This document shows positions 59,601-64,000 of a DNA stretch of 64,000 nt, piece by piece. A model generated the notes under the pieces. It did no database searches. It worked only from the letters and a program-made list of their open reading frames with translations, and was not told the DNA's origin. Within the stretch, counting starts at the first letter, position 1, and each line of letters begins with the position of its first letter. The stretch is taken from positions 1-64,000 of the forward strand of contig NMRA01000270.1 in NCBI GenBank assembly GCA_002633005.1, written 5' to 3'. Position numbers and translations under genes: made by a program. Source of the DNA: Phoronis australis. Its lineage: Eukaryota > Animalia > Phoronida.

Positions 59601-62600
59601 ACGCAACAAAGACATTAGCATAAGAATAACTGAACATGTGCAACTAAATAAGAATAACAATAAGCGTAAAGTTACGAACGTCCCGTCACATTATGATCAT
59701 CTACACTACTGGTTGTTTCTTGGAAAGCTGGGCCTGTGCAAATTTTGAGTATGTAGGGATTTTTGCCATTTTCAGTTGTCTGGCTATAAAAATTAAAATA
59801 ACGAGATCACCAGGAAAACACATCGTCAAAAATTCTGTCCAAAGAGACCTTGAAATTAACAATTTTCAAATATGTTTTAAATACACGCGAATTTACTTGT
59901 GGACTGAAGTGAAGAGTTTTCCAGAAATTTACCACCTAATGGTGTAGTTGGTGTCACTTGACAGACTTTATTGTTTTATAACTCTGGTGAAAGTTTATTA
60001 CTCTGGTGAAAGTTTATAACTCTGGTGAAAGTTTATAACTGATGAAAATGTATAACTCTGGTGAATGTTTATAACTCTGGTGAAAGTTTATAACTATTGT
60101 GAAAGTTTATAACTCTGGTGAAAATTTATAACTCTGGTGAAAGTTTATAACTCTGGTGAAAGTTTATAACTCTGGTGAAAGTTTGTAACTCTGGTGAAAG
60201 TTCATAACTTCAAGAGGTCTATCCCATACAGCTGTACTCCCAAAATGTGTTTTGGTCGTAAAATCAATTATGCTGCTTTATTGTCGTTGGTGTTTGTAAG
60301 TTTCCTCAATTTAAATAATTTATGTTAAGTAATGCTGGGTAAAATCTTCCTGTTTGACATATTTATTACATCTTTAGGTTATGTAGAACCCTTTGAAAAT
60401 GGGCAAGCTTGGCAAACTTAAGGATATCACATCTCAGACATGGCTGATCAGATTCATTAGAAATTTTCAGATACAATGCTTTATGCAGTGTTCCTTGAAA
60501 ACGCCGTTAGGAATGGTTTTTTTGAATTTCCACTTTTGAATGAGGGGCTATCAAAAATAGGACCATTATGATTTTTATGAAGATACAAAAGGCTCCATAA
60601 AATGAAAACAAGATGAAAATCTAGAAAATTGTAACAGATTTTTCGAAGCCCCATCTTGAATATAATTTCGTCATTTTATTAATACCGTTGTTTTGCTATG
60701 ACTGTACTTTCCTTTTTTTGCTAAAGTTTACTAAAAAAGACATGGTCGTGTGACCCAATTAATAGCAGATTGGTATAAAGTCAAAAATCAAATTCTACTG
60801 GCTTTCTAGGTTCACAAAATATTTACTTTTCCTGAAAGTCTATAGAGTTGTAGATATTTGGCAAAATACATGGTAATGGTCGGTGTAACGTGCCCGAATT
60901 TTGAGAACCAGTTTTCTCCACTTGGTAATGGGCTTCAAACTGGTTGTCAAAGTTATATCCGACTACCACACTACCAAATACGCTGACAAGTTGATAAGGT
61001 TCTACATAACCTTAAAATGTTACTCAATAATAAATTGATGGCCTGATGTCATTTTTGGTGCATCAGACGTGCGCAGGCCTCATGGTTGGGCCCATTGCAG
61101 CAAACACCTGAGCTAAAAACATGAGAGCCCCATTATGGTTCTTCGTGAAGGAAGTTTTCAAGTCTGCCAGTCTCCTTTAAGAAAAGGGACAGACGTTTCC
61201 ATTTGTTGCCATGCACTATATGTTGTAGGCATGTAACGGTGCCATCCATTAGGTTGCTTCTTAGCCTATAAAAAGCGGGGCAAGACTCAGGTGTTTAGGA
61301 GTTTCAATGTCAGTACCAAACTCGGGACACACTGGGCTCCCCATATGCCCAGTTATGTGTCTGTAAATTGATGTATGTTATGCATAATATTACTAACTTA
61401 CTGTTTAACATGTCCTTCATATCATCATCCTCCACATGTGTTGCAGAGGTCTGGTTCCACGGCTCATAGGTGAACTTCTGGCCCTGTGGATCACCAGTTT
61501 CTTGGCTGAGGGTGTAGTAACCATGTCCAGGGGCAGTCCATTACAGAATGAGGTACGTACTCTAACAGACTGTCGGCTGCTGACTGTCAAAATTCTGTTC
61601 ACGCATATTCATTTATTCTTTATCTTATCTACTTCAGGCAAAGGAAATTTTTGCGGTTTGTCTTCCAGTATTGTTGATACAAATGTCGTGGTTTTGGTTT
61701 GGGTTCAGTAAAACTCATTGAAGTCGGACATGCATTAGTGGGATCATCACTTAACAAAGACAGACTTCTGCGATGTGGTTTGTCTTGTTCATACACTCGG
61801 CGCTTGGATTTTTTTCGTACTTAGATGAAATCTCTTGGTCTGGTGGATGCAACATGTGCAAGTTTCACTGTATTTGAATAGATGCTGTATTACGGAGAAC
61901 ATAGTCTTGTATTTAGACTTGAATTAATAATTTTATTCCAGACATGCAAAATTCAGCGTAATAAATTGAGGCGATTGAATTTTTAATGATTTTTCGCCAC
62001 AAGCTAATTGTTTTCACATTTTTTCAATTCAGGAGGTTATTCAAGAGGTAATTAATTTTAGTTTTCCTTAAACTCTTCCATTGCCACTCTGCCAACTTTC
62101 TTAGAACTGAATTTCCGAGTGCCAAATAAATTTTGACGCCAGTTACTATGTTGGGTACTATCCCTAACAACGCTTTAAAAACCTGTTATTTTTGATGGAT
62201 TGTTATGGAGTTTTCAAATGTACAAATTGTTTTCTGATATAATATCACACATTGAGGCAGGCGTTTGCAAGATAGAACATTCAAGATTTCAGAAGAAAAA
62301 CACTGTCTCTGGTCATTGAAGGGTTTTGGTTGAATCAGAATTGTTTTCAATTTAACCTTGGTGAGAGACAGTTTAGAAGCCATTGCATCAATCTCAATTC
62401 AAGTTGTTAGTAGTAAAATGAAAACAAAAACAAAAAAAATGTCTTTTTCGGGATTTGGTACAGTTTGTCTTTCCGACGTCTGCCAGTGTTGTTAAGCTGT
62501 AGTTATGAAATTGAGGATTAACTGGGTCAAAACGTGGAAAATACCCAACTTACCAATCGTTGGGTTTGGTAGTGACCATGTAAATTGCCCAAAGGTGCGT

Positions 62601-63487
62601 GGCAGTGAAATAGATAAACAACAACTGAACTTTAATTTTGTTTGTTTTGTTTTGTTTTGTTTTGTTTTGTTTTGTTTTGTTCTATCTTCATTCACACTTC
62701 TGTGTGTTTGTGCACTTATCTCCTGTATACACAACTGAACATCCATTTCTTGAATTCAACTCTCTTTCATGGGAGTAGGAAAATGGATTGTATGGCTGAC
62801 TTAGTTTTCAAAAGGTTTTACTGCTAAATGTTACCAAGATGAGGTGGGCAAGAAAATAATGACGACTACCTTCCCAGCTTGTCCATTTCTTGTGTTACCA
62901 TGGCAGCTCACTGTTTGACAGTCTGTCTGAACATCCCATGCTTTAAGTTTCAAGATGAATTAGTTTGATGTTTTCCTTGTATTTTCACAATGAACATCCC
63001 ATTCCAGAACGAATTGGTTTTCAATTTCCATTGTATATTTCCACTCAACCTCTCATGTTTTAAATTTCAGAATGTGAAAAATTACAGCAACCCTATGTGT
63101 TCGGTAAGTTACAACCAAACGATATTGCGCTCCAATTACCTGTGCTTTAAGAATTGTTCATGTTTAACAATTTCCTGTAGATTGCTCAACTGTACTTTTG
63201 TGGAATTGTAAGTGATAGAAAAAATGTTTCCTGCTCGACGTTGTCCCTGAAATTCGCAGGTGACATACAATCGTGTATTCCCCTCTGTCAGTAGACAAAC
63301 TTTGCAGTATTGCAAATCCATGAAGCTTGATTTTAAGATAGCGTGAGAACGGTATTTCATTTCTAAGTAGAATGTACTGTTCCACAACCGTTGTGTGTAC
63401 ATGTCCGTTGTCATTTCAGATCATCGTCTCACAGTTCACTTACCCCTTCAATCTAGTCTGGGTGGTGCAGGCAGCAAACACACCTGG
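53673..63487 (+). CDS. MTCH2: Mitochondrial carrier homolog 2 (SLC25 outer-membrane insertase), 3'-partial
   Basis: Exons 53673-53756 (MADVQQIL..HPLSYAKVLMQ), 54750-54834 (IGYEP..KTIFGKP..PNVLRY), 55480-55586, 56690-56785, 57279-57336 (..SHPLK), 58207-58258 (VIMIRSMVQVVGGETKY), 59149-59208 (EIYHEDGILGFF), 61447-61552 (GLVPRLIGE), 63071-63103, 63420-63487 (TYPFNLV). All are in phase; the gene continues beyond the window. Confidence 0.95.
55690..55955. repeat. ~37-bp minisatellite (GAGATTGTACACTCATAAGTGCTACTGGTCATAGCAT)
   Basis: About 7 tandem units visible in MTCH2 intron 3. Confidence 0.85.
56109..56640. mobile_element. Kolobok-type MITE
   Basis: TTAA TSD on both sides; TIR AGGAGAATGC..CCC / GGG..GCATTCTCCT. 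Confidence 0.8.
58020..58195. repeat. 23-bp minisatellite (GAGTGCTGCCTGGTTGCTATGTT) abutting the MTCH2 exon 6 acceptor
   Basis: About 7.5 tandem units. Confidence 0.9.
59975..60210. repeat. 19-bp minisatellite (TATAACTCTGGTGAAAGTT)
   Basis: About 12 tandem units. Confidence 0.9.
62636..62681. repeat. (TTTTG)n microsatellite
   Basis: Directly visible. Confidence 0.9.
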
Positions 63488-63553
63488 GTCAGTAGTCTAC
63501 CTCCAATCAACTAGTTCTTAAATGGATAGCAATAATTTTTTATGTTATGTTTT

Positions 63554-63895
63554 TTGCAAACAAAGTGTGTTCAGCACGCCACCTGTTGGCCACATTACTA
63601 GACCTAATGAGTATATGTCTGAAAAGATTTCTTCCCTGACTGGGACTCGAAGCCGGGGCCATCTACTAACGCTGCAGACACTGTAGTCCACTGGCTGATC
63701 GGGACCACCAGTTGAAATCAGAAACCCAATCAGACGTAGTACTTAAACTGGCATTGAAATATAGGTTGCTAACATTTTTACGTCTGATCAGCACGCCACC
63801 GAGGCACAAATGTTTATTTTTTCAAACTTGTATTCATTAGGTCATGTGATGTGGCCAACAGGTGGCGTGCAGACCAGACTTAAAAACGTTTGCAA
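63554..63895. mobile_element. TIR element with CTCF-like motifs in both arms and an internal tRNA-like segment
   Basis: TTGCAAAC..GCACGCCACCTGTTGGCCACAT..GACCTAATGA is mirrored by TCATTAGGTC..ATGTGGCCAACAGGTGGCGTGC..GTTTGCAA; GGGACTCGAA at ~63641. Confidence 0.65.
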
Positions 63896-64000
63896 TCTAT
63901 ATTTCTATGCCAGATTCATATATTCATAAGTTATGTTACGTAAAAATGCAAATCTTGGTTATCTTTAAAAAACATTTTTCTGTGTTCCTCTGGTATGTAT

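Noticed and set aside
55690-60210. Regular short repeats superficially like CRISPR arrays
   Set aside because: Head-to-tail minisatellites with no unique spacers, inside eukaryotic introns, and no cas genes.

Overview
This is AT-rich, intron-containing invertebrate (bilaterian, plausibly lophotrochozoan/mollusc) nuclear DNA with two N gaps (24456-25391, 41483-42277) and a single N at 51083. Six spliced genes can be rebuilt by hand with GT-AG junctions. (1) An unannotated 5-exon gene for a secreted, probably GPI-anchored protein with two tandem 6-Cys neuritin/DUF19-like modules (minus, 10824-15900); its first exon is one base out of phase. (2) Cathepsin L (plus, 26340-34099). (3) PACRG (minus, 35435-37742), head-to-head across 278 bp with (4) mitochondrial ribosomal protein S15 (plus, 38021-46457). 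(5) A Dlish-type SH3 adaptor with only two SH3 domains (minus, 47225-51885). (6) MTCH2 (plus, from 53673, running off the window). Intergenic and intronic DNA carries many mobile elements: Helentron-type HINEs, Penelope relics with hammerhead ribozyme motifs, hAT/Kolobok/Harbinger-type MITEs, a hAT transposase fossil, SINE-like heads and minisatellites. The most striking non-genic signal is a HINE family whose internal ~450-bp tandem repeat holds three co-oriented, near-consensus CTCF motifs spaced 145-161 bp apart. All calls are by eye from the sequence; no database searches were run.
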